Sequence record: OR805293.1
Length of the DNA stretch: 64,000 nt
Reading direction: 5' to 3' (one strand)
In this document: piece by piece, positions 36,650 to 45,736 of the stretch
How positions within the stretch are numbered: position 1 is the stretch's first letter
How the letters are laid out: every line of letters begins with the position of its first letter
Notes under the pieces: model-generated
The model's database searches: none
What the model saw: the letters and a program-made list of their open reading frames with translations, nothing else
What the model was told of the DNA's origin: nothing
Program-made: the position numbers and the translations under genes

Positions 36650-37522
36650 ATGAAACACAGATATACTGAAAAGTTTTTCTCAGTCCAGGGAGAAAGCCTA
36701 CATACCGGAAAACTATGCACTTGGCTTAGATTTTTCGGATGTTCGTTACAATGTAGGGGCTTTGGACAAAAAGAACCTGGAAATCCCGAAACATGGGTAG
36801 AACAACGACCGGATTTAATAGATGTAACAAACATTACAGATTATAAACAATTACCGACTCCTAAGTATGGATGTGATTCAGACTATTCTGTATTTGCTAA
36901 ATTTAAACATCTTGCAACAGAAGTCGATCCTGTTGTAGTTGCAAATGAAATAAAACAATTAATTCCTAGTAAAACATTTGGTAAAAAAATAGGTCATGTA
37001 TTTACGGGCGGAGAACCGTTAGTAAACCAAGAATCTATAGTAGATATAGTAAATTATTGGATAGATACTAATGATTATCCTGCATGGATAGGAATAGAAA
37101 CAAATACAACTAGACCGTTAGAAAAATGCTTAATCGATTTAGTTAACAGATGTAAATCGATTGGTGTGCAATTTTATTTTTCTATGTCACCCAAACTACT
37201 TCATGTAGCAGGTGAACAACCCAAACGAGCTATCCATATAAATTTAATGAAGGAATATATAGATATTGCACCGGATAGCTATCTAAAATTTGTAGTAAAT
37301 GAAGATCAGCGATCGTGGGATCAAGCAAAAAGTATAGTAGACACATTAAATGCTGACGGGTATTTACCAGATGTGTGGGTTATGCCAGTTGGAGGCATTT
37401 ATTCCCAACAAACAGACCCAGTAATTGGAAGACTTGCAGATAAAGCTATCTTCGAATACGAATGGAATGTTAGTTTACGTGTTCACGTATTAACCTGGGG
37501 TGACGATCAACTAGGTAGGTAA
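36650..37522 (+). CDS. queE: 7-carboxy-7-deazaguanine synthase (radical SAM)
   Basis: EKFFSVQGE, RFFGCSLQC...(insertion)...GCDSDYS, FTGGEP, IETN, SPKL, C-terminal RVHVLTW. Confidence 0.85.
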   Translation: MKHRYTEKFFSVQGESLHTGKLCTWLRFFGCSLQCRGFGQKEPGNPETWVEQRPDLIDVTNITDYKQLPTPKYGCDSDYSVFAKFKHLATEVDPVVVANEIKQLIPSKTFGKKIGHVFTGGEPLVNQESIVDIVNYWIDTNDYPAWIGIETNTTRPLEKCLIDLVNRCKSIGVQFYFSMSPKLLHVAGEQPKRAIHINLMKEYIDIAPDSYLKFVVNEDQRSWDQAKSIVDTLNADGYLPDVWVMPVGGIYSQQTDPVIGRLADKAIFEYEWNVSLRVHVLTWGDDQLGR

Positions 37523-37526
37523 AACC

Positions 37527-37946
37527 ATGAACCGTATTATCCTTTCTGTAGTGTTTAGTTTAATATCGTCGTATGCAGTATGCGGAGAAAATAAATCCTA
37601 TATAAATCCGCATCTTCATGGAAAATGCGTCGGGATGGTTACTAAACTGTCTGAATATGCAAATACCGAAGTATTAACTTTAAAATTGTATAATATAGGT
37701 CAGGTACTTCATGCATACGGCAAATACACTGCACTAAAATCGAATAATGCAGATACAGCACTGTATGATCAAGGATTAGTTGACGGAAGAGAAACAGTTT
37801 CTAAAAATATAGAAAATAACAATTTTAATGTTTTAGTAAAATATTATGAAGATAATTGTCTAGAAATATTTTACAAATCTGCAGACTGGTTATATCATAA
37901 TAACATACACCAGTTCAATAAATTAACGGATATTTTTAATAAATGA
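37527..37946 (+). CDS. Hypothetical exported protein
   Basis: N-terminal signal-peptide-like MNRIILSVVFSLISSYAVCG. Confidence 0.6.
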   Translation: MNRIILSVVFSLISSYAVCGENKSYINPHLHGKCVGMVTKLSEYANTEVLTLKLYNIGQVLHAYGKYTALKSNNADTALYDQGLVDGRETVSKNIENNNFNVLVKYYEDNCLEIFYKSADWLYHNNIHQFNKLTDIFNK

Positions 37947-38554
37947 AAAAAAGATTATTTCCATTTTGGTTATGGCCATATAGCTGGGGATTACCTGCTA
38001 AACAGAAAGCTATTGCAAAAGCAGAGTATTATCTCGAAGGAGAAGAATTAGATAGGGAATTAGTAGCACTATCGAATACAACAAGCAAAGCCAAAGAAAT
38101 TGAATTGTTACATATTGATTTTAAATATGGTAAAATAACAGAATACGAATACGATGTTGCTTTAGCTAAAACTCAATACGATCCGGGTCTGGCTTTAGAC
38201 TTAAAATTAGCTGATATAGATTTAAAGCATCATAAAATAAATGAAAGGGAACATAGCAAACAAATTGCTACCTTAAGAAAGTTACCTTGGGTAGATATAA
38301 TAAAGATAGGCTTGTCTTCTTCTGATATTTCGACAGGAGAAATGGAATTAGACTGGAATGAATATTTTATAGAAGAATTGCACGAATACGGATATGTAGG
38401 TAGGACTGACGAAGAAGTAGTAAATTTATGGTTATCTACTTTATGTAAAAATATCGCATTAGACGAATTCGGAGGAATGGGATCTGTAGACGATCTTTCA
38501 GAAGATAATGACAAAATAGATAGCAAAGAAAACTATAGAAGGGAAGTTAAGTAA
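37943..38554 (+). CDS. Conserved hypothetical protein
   Basis: 203-aa ORF, overlapping start/stop with neighbours. Confidence 0.7.
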   Translation: MKKRLFPFWLWPYSWGLPAKQKAIAKAEYYLEGEELDRELVALSNTTSKAKEIELLHIDFKYGKITEYEYDVALAKTQYDPGLALDLKLADIDLKHHKINEREHSKQIATLRKLPWVDIIKIGLSSSDISTGEMELDWNEYFIEELHEYGYVGRTDEEVVNLWLSTLCKNIALDEFGGMGSVDDLSEDNDKIDSKENYRREVK

Positions 38555-39540
38555 TGTCTAAAACTTATATTTTAATCGATACATTTAACATGTTTCATAG
38601 AGCAAAACATGTAATCAGGTCCTCCTCGTTAGATGAAAAAGTAGGCATGTGTCTTCATGTAATGTTTAACAGTATACGCAAAGTATACAGAGACCATTCT
38701 GCAGATCATGCTGTGTTTTGCATAGAAGGCAAATCTTGGCGGAAGGACTTTTATAAAGAATATAAGTTCAACCGAACAGCAGCTAGAATGGCAAGAACAG
38801 AAGCTGAAATCGAAGAAGATGCTGCTTTAATGGAAGCATATAACGATTTAATTACGTTCATTAATGATAAAACAAATTCTAGCGTACTACATCACCATAA
38901 AGCAGAAGCAGATGATATGATAGCTACTTGGATTCAAAATAATCCAAATGATAATCATATTATTGTTAGTTCAGACAGCGATTTTTTCCAGCTATTAGCA
39001 CCTAACGTTAAAATATATAATGGAATTACAGAACAACTAATCACATTAGAAGGTTTCTTTGATAATAAAGGCAAACCTGTAATTGATAATAAAACAAAGA
39101 AACCAAAAGTGGCTCCTGATCCTAAATGGTTATTATTTGAAAAATGCATTAGGGGAGATAAATCTGATTTTATTTTTGCGGCGTATCCAGGTGCAAGAGA
39201 AACTAGTTCTAAAAATAAAGTAGGCATGCGTGAAGTATTTGCCGATATGGATAATAAAGGTTACGCATGGAATAATTTTATGTTGACAAAAATTACAGAT
39301 TCTGCTGGTAATGAATTTGTTGTTCACGATAAGTACGAATTTAACAAAACACTAATTGACTTAACTTGTCAGCCAGATGATCTAAAAACAGAATTTAAAA
39401 CAGTCGCAGATGTGGCTCGTAATAAACCGCCCGTATCTAACGTAGGCATCCATTTTTTAAAATTCTGTAATAGATGGGCACTAGAGCAAATCTCTAAATA
39501 TCCGGACGAATTTGCAAAACTTCTTAATGCTAAACCATAA
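38554..39540 (+). CDS. rnh: T4 RNase H / FEN-1-like 5'-3' nuclease
   Basis: ILIDTFN, SWRKDFY..YK, EADDMIA, SSDSDFFQL, GDKSD motifs. Confidence 0.88.
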   Translation: MSKTYILIDTFNMFHRAKHVIRSSSLDEKVGMCLHVMFNSIRKVYRDHSADHAVFCIEGKSWRKDFYKEYKFNRTAARMARTEAEIEEDAALMEAYNDLITFINDKTNSSVLHHHKAEADDMIATWIQNNPNDNHIIVSSDSDFFQLLAPNVKIYNGITEQLITLEGFFDNKGKPVIDNKTKKPKVAPDPKWLLFEKCIRGDKSDFIFAAYPGARETSSKNKVGMREVFADMDNKGYAWNNFMLTKITDSAGNEFVVHDKYEFNKTLIDLTCQPDDLKTEFKTVADVARNKPPVSNVGIHFLKFCNRWALEQISKYPDEFAKLLNAKP

Positions 39541-39542
39541 TT

Positions 39543-40001
39543 ATGAAATTAAAATCATTAACTGAAACTTCGTGGATTGTGTTAGACAACCAGGGCGATA
39601 AAGTAGGTATACTTACTAGAACCAAAGAAAAGCTCAATCTAATGACTCCTGGCGGATCTATGTTATTCGATACGCAAGATGATGCAAATACATTCTTCGG
39701 TGAAGATATATTCAGTAATATAGTATATGTTAGCAAAACAGAAGAAGTGTTCGAATTAGATGGATGGCCAGTATCTACTGCTAACCCTGTTAGGGCACAA
39801 TCAGTAAATAATCTTCCTTGTTACACTAAAACAGAGGGAGGAAAATCAATACACTGTGCCGGATATTATAGTATTAAATTTCCTGGATCATATATAAACA
39901 GTTTTTGTCCTAAACTTTCTACATTAGAAAAATACGAGTTTAGTGGACCTTTCAAAACTGAACTCGAAGCAAGAGCAACAACCAGTATTAATAAAAAATA
40001 A
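39543..40001 (+). CDS. Conserved hypothetical protein
   Basis: 152-aa ORF in operon. Confidence 0.7.
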   Translation: MKLKSLTETSWIVLDNQGDKVGILTRTKEKLNLMTPGGSMLFDTQDDANTFFGEDIFSNIVYVSKTEEVFELDGWPVSTANPVRAQSVNNLPCYTKTEGGKSIHCAGYYSIKFPGSYINSFCPKLSTLEKYEFSGPFKTELEARATTSINKK

Positions 40002-40012
40002 GGAAAATAAAA

Positions 40013-40303
40013 ATGCTCGATAACTATGAACTATTAGCAAAACAAGAATTAGAATCTATGTATAAAAACGTAGTATATGATTTAGGTGCCGATATTCCCA
40101 CAACATTCTTTAATATTAAGTTATCCGAGCACATAGTTCCTAACTCAGAAGCAAATAGAACATTTATAAACAAATATACTAACTTAGTGCATGGTGAATG
40201 TATGGAATTAGTTTGGTATAGGGCAGTTTGTACAACAGATTCCAAAACAAATAATCTAGTTGTATTAAAATTAGAACGTTGCAGTTCTTATCAGGAAATT
40301 TAA
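40013..40303 (+). CDS. Hypothetical protein
   Basis: 96 aa, AAGGA RBS. Confidence 0.6.
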   Translation: MLDNYELLAKQELESMYKNVVYDLGADIPTTFFNIKLSEHIVPNSEANRTFINKYTNLVHGECMELVWYRAVCTTDSKTNNLVVLKLERCSSYQEI

Positions 40304-40305
40304 TT

Positions 40306-40851
40306 ATGAACAGAAGAAGTTATGATCCCGATTTGTTTAAACAAATAGAAGAAGACGTAGACTGTTATGTGTTTAAACACGAAATGTTTAAAGATATCTA
40401 TTTGTTTATGGATGGTTGGGGTCAAAGTCACAGAACAAACGGTCCTGCTCTTATAATTCCTAATGTATGCGAAGTTTGGTATAATCATGGAAAGATACAC
40501 AGGGATAACGGTCCTGCATTTTTTGAAATTACAAAAGACAATGAAGTTAGATATTGTTGGGTTTTAGATAACAATATAATTTCATGCAAGGATCAATACG
40601 ATAACGTATTAGGCACAGAAGCATATGGTGCTTGGGTAGAAGCAACATTAATAAATCATCCTAATTTTTTGGTATTTAATACTAACTATGTAACTCATGA
40701 TTATGTATCTACTGCAAAGAATAAGTATATGCTCGGAGCTACTGATATGAAAGAAGATAATTCTAAATGGGCACAGTTGGGTTCGCAACACGATATATAT
40801 AAAAATTTTAAACCAATTTGGATGTCGGAAGAAGAATGGATCAATAGCTAA
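40306..40851 (+). CDS. Hypothetical protein with HRxxGPA repeats
   Basis: HRTNGPALI and HRDNGPAF repeats; ATG 40306 follows the upstream stop. Confidence 0.65.
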   Translation: MNRRSYDPDLFKQIEEDVDCYVFKHEMFKDIYLFMDGWGQSHRTNGPALIIPNVCEVWYNHGKIHRDNGPAFFEITKDNEVRYCWVLDNNIISCKDQYDNVLGTEAYGAWVEATLINHPNFLVFNTNYVTHDYVSTAKNKYMLGATDMKEDNSKWAQLGSQHDIYKNFKPIWMSEEEWINS

Positions 40852-40853
40852 TA

Positions 40854-41054
40854 ATGACGTTAGTAGTATTGTACATAATAATCCAATCTATTTTAGTAGG
40901 TATACTGCATCATTTAGCTATAAGAAATCTTGTATTAAAAGAAAATTGGTTATGTGTATTTATACTATCGACTATATTATGGATATTATGGCCTATAGGT
41001 TATCTAATATCATGTATATACGCAATGTATATTAAATATAAAAACCCTGTATAG
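40854..41054 (+). CDS. Small membrane protein
   Basis: 66 aa, hydrophobic, LWP motif. Confidence 0.55.
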   Translation: MTLVVLYIIIQSILVGILHHLAIRNLVLKENWLCVFILSTILWILWPIGYLISCIYAMYIKYKNPV

Positions 41055-41073
41055 TCTATACAGGGTTTTTATA
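41037..41073. terminator. Rho-independent terminator
   Basis: tataaaaaccctgtatag-t-ctatacagggtttttata. Confidence 0.85.
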
Positions 41074-41095
41074 TACCCAGTAAATTATAAAATCA

Positions 41096-41103
41096 GATAA
41101 ATA
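41096..41103 (+). promoter_or_regulatory. Late promoter motif GATAAATA
   Basis: 27 bp upstream of ORF 41131. Confidence 0.6.
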
Positions 41104-41130
41104 ATACGATGGCTATTACTGGAGATATAT

Positions 41131-41424
41131 ATGGCACGTCCAAAACCTACTATCCTTGTTGAACATGTAGATCCAAAAACATATAAATCTGAGCAAATAC
41201 TCGAAGCTGAAGCTGTGTTTGCTGTATTTTATAAAGGCGAGCCTATCAATATACGGTCACAGAGTGCATTGATAGATTATGCTCCTAAATATAAGAAATC
41301 TACATTTGTTAACCCGGGCCATGCACTTAATTTGGCTGAACGTTTAAATGAAATGTTTAAATGCACTGACTTTACTGTTCATAAATTAATTGCAGGAGAA
41401 AAATACACCGGTGAAGAATACTAA
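41131..41424 (+). CDS. Conserved jumbo-phage hypothetical protein
   Basis: MARPKPTIL..., GGAG RBS. Confidence 0.75.
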   Translation: MARPKPTILVEHVDPKTYKSEQILEAEAVFAVFYKGEPINIRSQSALIDYAPKYKKSTFVNPGHALNLAERLNEMFKCTDFTVHKLIAGEKYTGEEY

Positions 41425-41761
41425 GCTTAGAGATTCAATTTTCTCTTATTTAAGAGAAAATAACGAATCTTTAACTGAGTTAACAGATATAGAACTTAAT
41501 CGTTTTATATTTGCACACCCTTCTAGTTTTAGACTGTCGTATGATGGTCTAAAACTATTTTCAAAACTATTCACTTCTTATACCTACCATATAGATTTTA
41601 AAATAACTTTCAGACAAAGATTGTTATTAGGTAGGCATCTAAAATTTCCTTATTATTTTAGTGATAAAAGATTAATATTGTTTTCATACGACGATTCTTT
41701 ATATTTAAATTTAATAGGCGATATAAAGCTCTGGTTAGAATCGTTCGAACATAGTGTTTGA
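41390..41761 (+). CDS. Conserved hypothetical protein (start may be GTG 41411)
   Basis: 123-aa ORF. Confidence 0.65.
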   Translation: MQEKNTPVKNTKLRDSIFSYLRENNESLTELTDIELNRFIFAHPSSFRLSYDGLKLFSKLFTSYTYHIDFKITFRQRLLLGRHLKFPYYFSDKRLILFSYDDSLYLNLIGDIKLWLESFEHSV

Positions 41762-41815
41762 CATATTTTAAATACTTTTATAAAATTACAGTATATAAAG
41801 TGCTGTAAAATTGTC

Positions 41816-42190
41816 ATGAAAAAATCTAAATCTATCACTAGAGCCGAAAACAAAAAACATCAACAATATATAACTAATATGAAATTAGGTGGCAATCCTA
41901 ATAAGTACGGTAAATCTAATACTTATAAAAAACCTAATATAGAACTAAGTCCTAGTATACCTGCATGGGCTACTACACTATCAGAATACAAAAGCATAGA
42001 AACAAATAAACCTATAAACAATGCTATTCCAGTCAAATATGAAGACGAATTTGCAATAAGAGAAGAAATTGCATTAAAAGAAAAAGAACGTAAAAAACAA
42101 TTTGTTGCAGTAGCTTACAACAAGGGCGGATATGTATATTTAGGTGAAAATCCACCAGATGAAATTGTTAAATCAATTGGCAAAAAGTAA
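41816..42190 (+). CDS. Hypothetical basic protein
   Basis: C-terminal AYNKGGY motif seen in T4-like phage hypotheticals. Confidence 0.65.
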   Translation: MKKSKSITRAENKKHQQYITNMKLGGNPNKYGKSNTYKKPNIELSPSIPAWATTLSEYKSIETNKPINNAIPVKYEDEFAIREEIALKEKERKKQFVAVAYNKGGYVYLGENPPDEIVKSIGKK

Positions 42191-42200
42191 AGGAACATTT

Positions 42201-42509
42201 ATGTTCTGCACACTACCAAACTTCTTTAAAAAAGATGTAAAGGTATATGCTGTAGTGGTACTTGCTCCTGGCTTAATTTGTTATCTAAGCAAGTTAAATA
42301 ATTTCGATTTAAAGATGGCAACAAGAATTTCTGGTTCAAAATATAAATTAGACGAAAAATTAATCGAAATAATTACTAAAGAAGATGCCATATTAAAAAT
42401 GATATCGGGAGAAATTACTAAAGATGGTAAAAACTATGTTCGCTTTGTAGAGATACCAGATCGTCTTAGACAAGTATTAAAATACCATTACATCGCAAAT
42501 GTGATTTAA
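42201..42509 (+). CDS. Hypothetical protein
   Basis: ATG 42201 with AAGGA RBS inside ORF 42144-42509. Confidence 0.55.
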   Translation: MFCTLPNFFKKDVKVYAVVVLAPGLICYLSKLNNFDLKMATRISGSKYKLDEKLIEIITKEDAILKMISGEITKDGKNYVRFVEIPDRLRQVLKYHYIANVI

Positions 42510-42532
42510 TAGAAAAATATCTAAAAAGGAAC

Positions 42533-43084
42533 ATGAATAGTATAAAAATGAAATATTACACTAAATGGTTTTTGATGACACACAGAAATAAAATGTATGA
42601 TTTTAAGAATCTATCATTTTATATATTACTAGTAGGAAATGTAGTTTTTAATCCTATTATAGCGAGTTTCTTAATTATTCTCAAAATAATGCAATTATTG
42701 CAAAATAAACCAGAATATTTAGATACTATCCCTGTGCTTAATGAAGTATTTTATATGTTTGTTGCTGAGTTAGTTTCTATATCTTATCGGTTTATAAATA
42801 AAACACCCGATTATGAAATATTTCATTCTTCGTTTAACAAAAGAAAACCAAAACAACATAAAAATAATACATGTAAAAAAAGAAATGATCGCTGTATCGG
42901 GGAAGAAACAATTAGCAATAAAAGATCATCATTTTATAATACAGGTGTTAAACTATATAAAGACAGCAAAGATAAAAGAAAACGATATGCTTATCCTAGG
43001 CAATCCGGTCCGCTGAGCCCCTGCTGGTATCCTACATTTAGACTTCCTAAATATTTTAAGAGAAAAAAGAAAAAAGGGCTATAA
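42533..43084 (+). CDS. Hypothetical membrane protein with basic C-terminus
   Basis: Hydrophobic segment(s) followed by a K/R-rich tail. Confidence 0.55.
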   Translation: MNSIKMKYYTKWFLMTHRNKMYDFKNLSFYILLVGNVVFNPIIASFLIILKIMQLLQNKPEYLDTIPVLNEVFYMFVAELVSISYRFINKTPDYEIFHSSFNKRKPKQHKNNTCKKRNDRCIGEETISNKRSSFYNTGVKLYKDSKDKRKRYAYPRQSGPLSPCWYPTFRLPKYFKRKKKKGL

Positions 43085-43096
43085 TTGCCCTTTTTT
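43071..43096 (+). terminator. Rho-independent terminator
   Basis: aaaaagggc-tataatt-gcccttttt. Confidence 0.8.
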
Positions 43097-43286
43097 AATG
43101 ATTAAAAAATTACGTTTTACTATGTTGACTAACTATATAGTTATTTGCTTTAATAACATCCTGCTTTGCAAAACAACAAATAATAGCATTCATAAAAATT
43201 GTTAATTATGTGTTGTTTTAAAAGCTACAAGCTGTAAAATGTAGGTGTTAAACAGCAAAACATATTCAACCACAGAGGCATTATAG

Positions 43287-44402
43287 ATGGCTAAAAAAGA
43301 AAACATCGTAGAAACGTATCTTCGTCCGACGGAGTGTGCTGCAATTATCCGCGGCATGTTCAAGGCGAAGCGTCCTGTGTTCCTCTGGGGTCCGCCGGGG
43401 GTAGGCAAGTCGGATATCATCGCCCAGTTGGGTTTCGAGGCTGACCGGCCGGTCATCGACATGCGTCTGATCCTCATGGATCCCACTGATATTAAGGGCA
43501 TTCCGTACTACGATCCGAAAACCAATACCATGCGCTGGGCTATTCCGTCCGATCTTCCGCAACCCGGCGAAACTACCCTGGACAACGCCATCCTGTTCCT
43601 GGACGAAATGAACTCGGCGCCGGCGAGCGTGCAGGGCGCTGCGTATCAGCTCATCCTGAACCGTGCTATCGGTTCGTATAAGCTGCCCGATGGCGTCGAC
43701 ATTGTCGCTGCTGGTAACCGCGATACCGACAAGGGCGTTACTTATCGTATGCCTAGTCCGTTGGCCAACCGTTTCGTTCACTTGCAGATCGAAACCAACT
43801 TCGAGGACTGGCAGCAGTGGGCGCTTAACAACACGGTACACCCGGATGTAGTTGGCTACCTCACCCAGCACAAGCAGAACCTGTTCTGCTTCGATCCCCA
43901 AGATCGTAGCAAGGCGTTTGCTACTCCGCGAGCTTGGAAGTTCGTGTCCGACATCCTCCAACTCGCAGGAATCAACAAGGACCATCTGCTACGTGCGACT
44001 ATCGCAGGAACCGTCGGCGAAAGTCACAGCTACTCCTTCATGCAGCACATGAAGTATGCTTCGCAGCTTCCGAAGCCGGAAGATGTACTAACCGGCCGGG
44101 TAACCGATCTCAAAGTCGAAGAGATCAGTGCTCGTTACTCGCTCGTGGTCAGTATGTGCTACACTCTAAAAGAGTGGCTGGCTGACGTAGCTGACGCCGA
44201 CAAAAAGTACACTACCGAGGATTGGCACAAGTCGGTAAACTTGTTCTTCGAGTACATGATGAACAACTTTGCCCAAGAAATGGTCATCCTCGGCGCGCGT
44301 ACTGCGTTGCGCGAATACCAACTGCCGATCAACAGAAAGTTGATCCCTTGCTTCACTAAGTTCTTCCAAGAGTACGGCAAGTTTATTGTCGACTCGAACT
44401 AA
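43287..44402 (+). CDS. MoxR-family AAA+ ATPase
   Basis: Walker A GPPGVGKS, Walker B LFLDE, AAGNR, PLANRF; GAGG RBS; GC-rich codons. Confidence 0.9.
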   Translation: MAKKENIVETYLRPTECAAIIRGMFKAKRPVFLWGPPGVGKSDIIAQLGFEADRPVIDMRLILMDPTDIKGIPYYDPKTNTMRWAIPSDLPQPGETTLDNAILFLDEMNSAPASVQGAAYQLILNRAIGSYKLPDGVDIVAAGNRDTDKGVTYRMPSPLANRFVHLQIETNFEDWQQWALNNTVHPDVVGYLTQHKQNLFCFDPQDRSKAFATPRAWKFVSDILQLAGINKDHLLRATIAGTVGESHSYSFMQHMKYASQLPKPEDVLTGRVTDLKVEEISARYSLVVSMCYTLKEWLADVADADKKYTTEDWHKSVNLFFEYMMNNFAQEMVILGARTALREYQLPINRKLIPCFTKFFQEYGKFIVDSN

Positions 44403-44413
44403 GTAAGGGCAAA

Positions 44414-44440
44414 ATAAAAGGGGCTTAAAGCCCCTTTTAT
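44414..44440 (+). terminator. Rho-independent terminator
   Basis: ataaaaggggct-taa-agccccttttat. Confidence 0.9.
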
Positions 44441-44471
44441 TTTATATATTCATAGGATACAGAATTATAGA

Positions 44472-44927
44472 ATGAGAACACTAACTTCATCTTTGTTTGT
44501 CATTATAATGACATTAGTAAATATTCTTTCTGTAATATATATGTATGTTACTAACGTGCCATTAATTTATATGCTTGTTGCAGTTCCTAATCAGTGTGTT
44601 ATATCATTAATTTCTTGTGTGTACAGAAAAATCATAGCAGAATTTTTTTATATAAAGAGATTTAGTTTTTATAAACTAGAAGTCGTTTTAGACAAGCAAA
44701 GAGGGAGCTCAACAAAATATATTTTAAAATTAAATGTATTAGGTGAAACATATTATTACGATTTTCATGACAATTCTTTTTGCTGTCTTCCTATTTATGC
44801 GAATTTCTATACTAATTCAGAATCATTGGCACTTAACACATTCCAAAGGTATGAAGACCAAGCTGAGCTATATAAAAAGAGCAGCGCCATTACTACTGTA
44901 ATAAAATCTAGTAAAGGTACTAAGTAG
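44472..44927 (+). CDS. Membrane-anchored hypothetical protein (paralogue 1 of 3)
   Basis: N-terminal hydrophobic helices plus a soluble domain. Confidence 0.6.
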   Translation: MRTLTSSLFVIIMTLVNILSVIYMYVTNVPLIYMLVAVPNQCVISLISCVYRKIIAEFFYIKRFSFYKLEVVLDKQRGSSTKYILKLNVLGETYYYDFHDNSFCCLPIYANFYTNSESLALNTFQRYEDQAELYKKSSAITTVIKSSKGTK

Positions 44928-44928
44928 T

Positions 44929-45381
44929 ATGAGACTTCCGTTCAGTAACATATGTTTAATATTAATACCTTTATTTGCTGTATTGATTACTATATGTATT
45001 ATTCTAGAATACCAAGAACATGTCGTACTGGCACTAGTAATAATACCTTTAATAGTATGTGTACTGTCTGTCAGTATATGCGGGATTGCGATATTGTTTT
45101 ATTTGATGATTCTCTGCGAAATATCGGAAAATAAATATTTTACTTCATTCGAAATAGAAGCTATAAAAAGAAAAGGTAAACCTACATTATATTTTATAAA
45201 AAAGATATGGCTGTCCGAAATATTTTATTTTAATATAAAACAAAATAGATTTTCTATAAGAAGACATATAGATAGTTCGTATGATTCATTGGAAGAAGCA
45301 CTAAAAGAAATAGAACATATATATAAACAATACACAGAGACAGAATATAATAAAGTTGTGTTTAAAAAAGGAAAAAATTAA
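44929..45381 (+). CDS. Membrane-anchored hypothetical protein (paralogue 2 of 3)
   Basis: N-terminal hydrophobic helices; ends SLEEAL..I...Y......KVVFKK. Confidence 0.6.
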   Translation: MRLPFSNICLILIPLFAVLITICIILEYQEHVVLALVIIPLIVCVLSVSICGIAILFYLMILCEISENKYFTSFEIEAIKRKGKPTLYFIKKIWLSEIFYFNIKQNRFSIRRHIDSSYDSLEEALKEIEHIYKQYTETEYNKVVFKKGKN

Positions 45382-45382
45382 T

Positions 45383-45736
45383 ATGATCGTCAGCGAGATT
45401 ATATATTCTATTTTCATAGCTGCATTAATAACAGTTATGACTATACTATATATAAGTCTCAGAATAATAACATGTAAGATATTAAATAAGTCATTAAAGA
45501 TTTCAGCTAATGTAATTATATATGGTACCTCTAATATAGAATATGTATATATTCCTGAAATAAAATATAAATTTCTTTCTTTTAAAATAACACATTCTGG
45601 TTTAGTTATGTTTGATAAAGAGTTTGGATTTAGGACACTAAACGATGCCATAAATGCATTAAATATGTATGTAGACACCGATATTATAAAAATAGTATAT
45701 AAAAAGGTACCCACATTTTATACTTGGCACGAATAA
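45383..45736 (+). CDS. Membrane-anchored hypothetical protein (paralogue 3 of 3)
   Basis: N-terminal TM helix; ends TLNDAI..L..Y......KIVYKK. Confidence 0.6.
   Translation: MIVSEIIYSIFIAALITVMTILYISLRIITCKILNKSLKISANVIIYGTSNIEYVYIPEIKYKFLSFKITHSGLVMFDKEFGFRTLNDAINALNMYVDTDIIKIVYKKVPTFYTWHE

Noticed and set aside
43281-43985. 234-aa minus-strand ORF and other antisense ORFs over moxR, clpA, the vWA gene and the fibre genes
   Set aside because: Shadow ORFs produced by biased codon usage on the coding strand; no RBS, no motifs, and they fully overlap well-supported genes.
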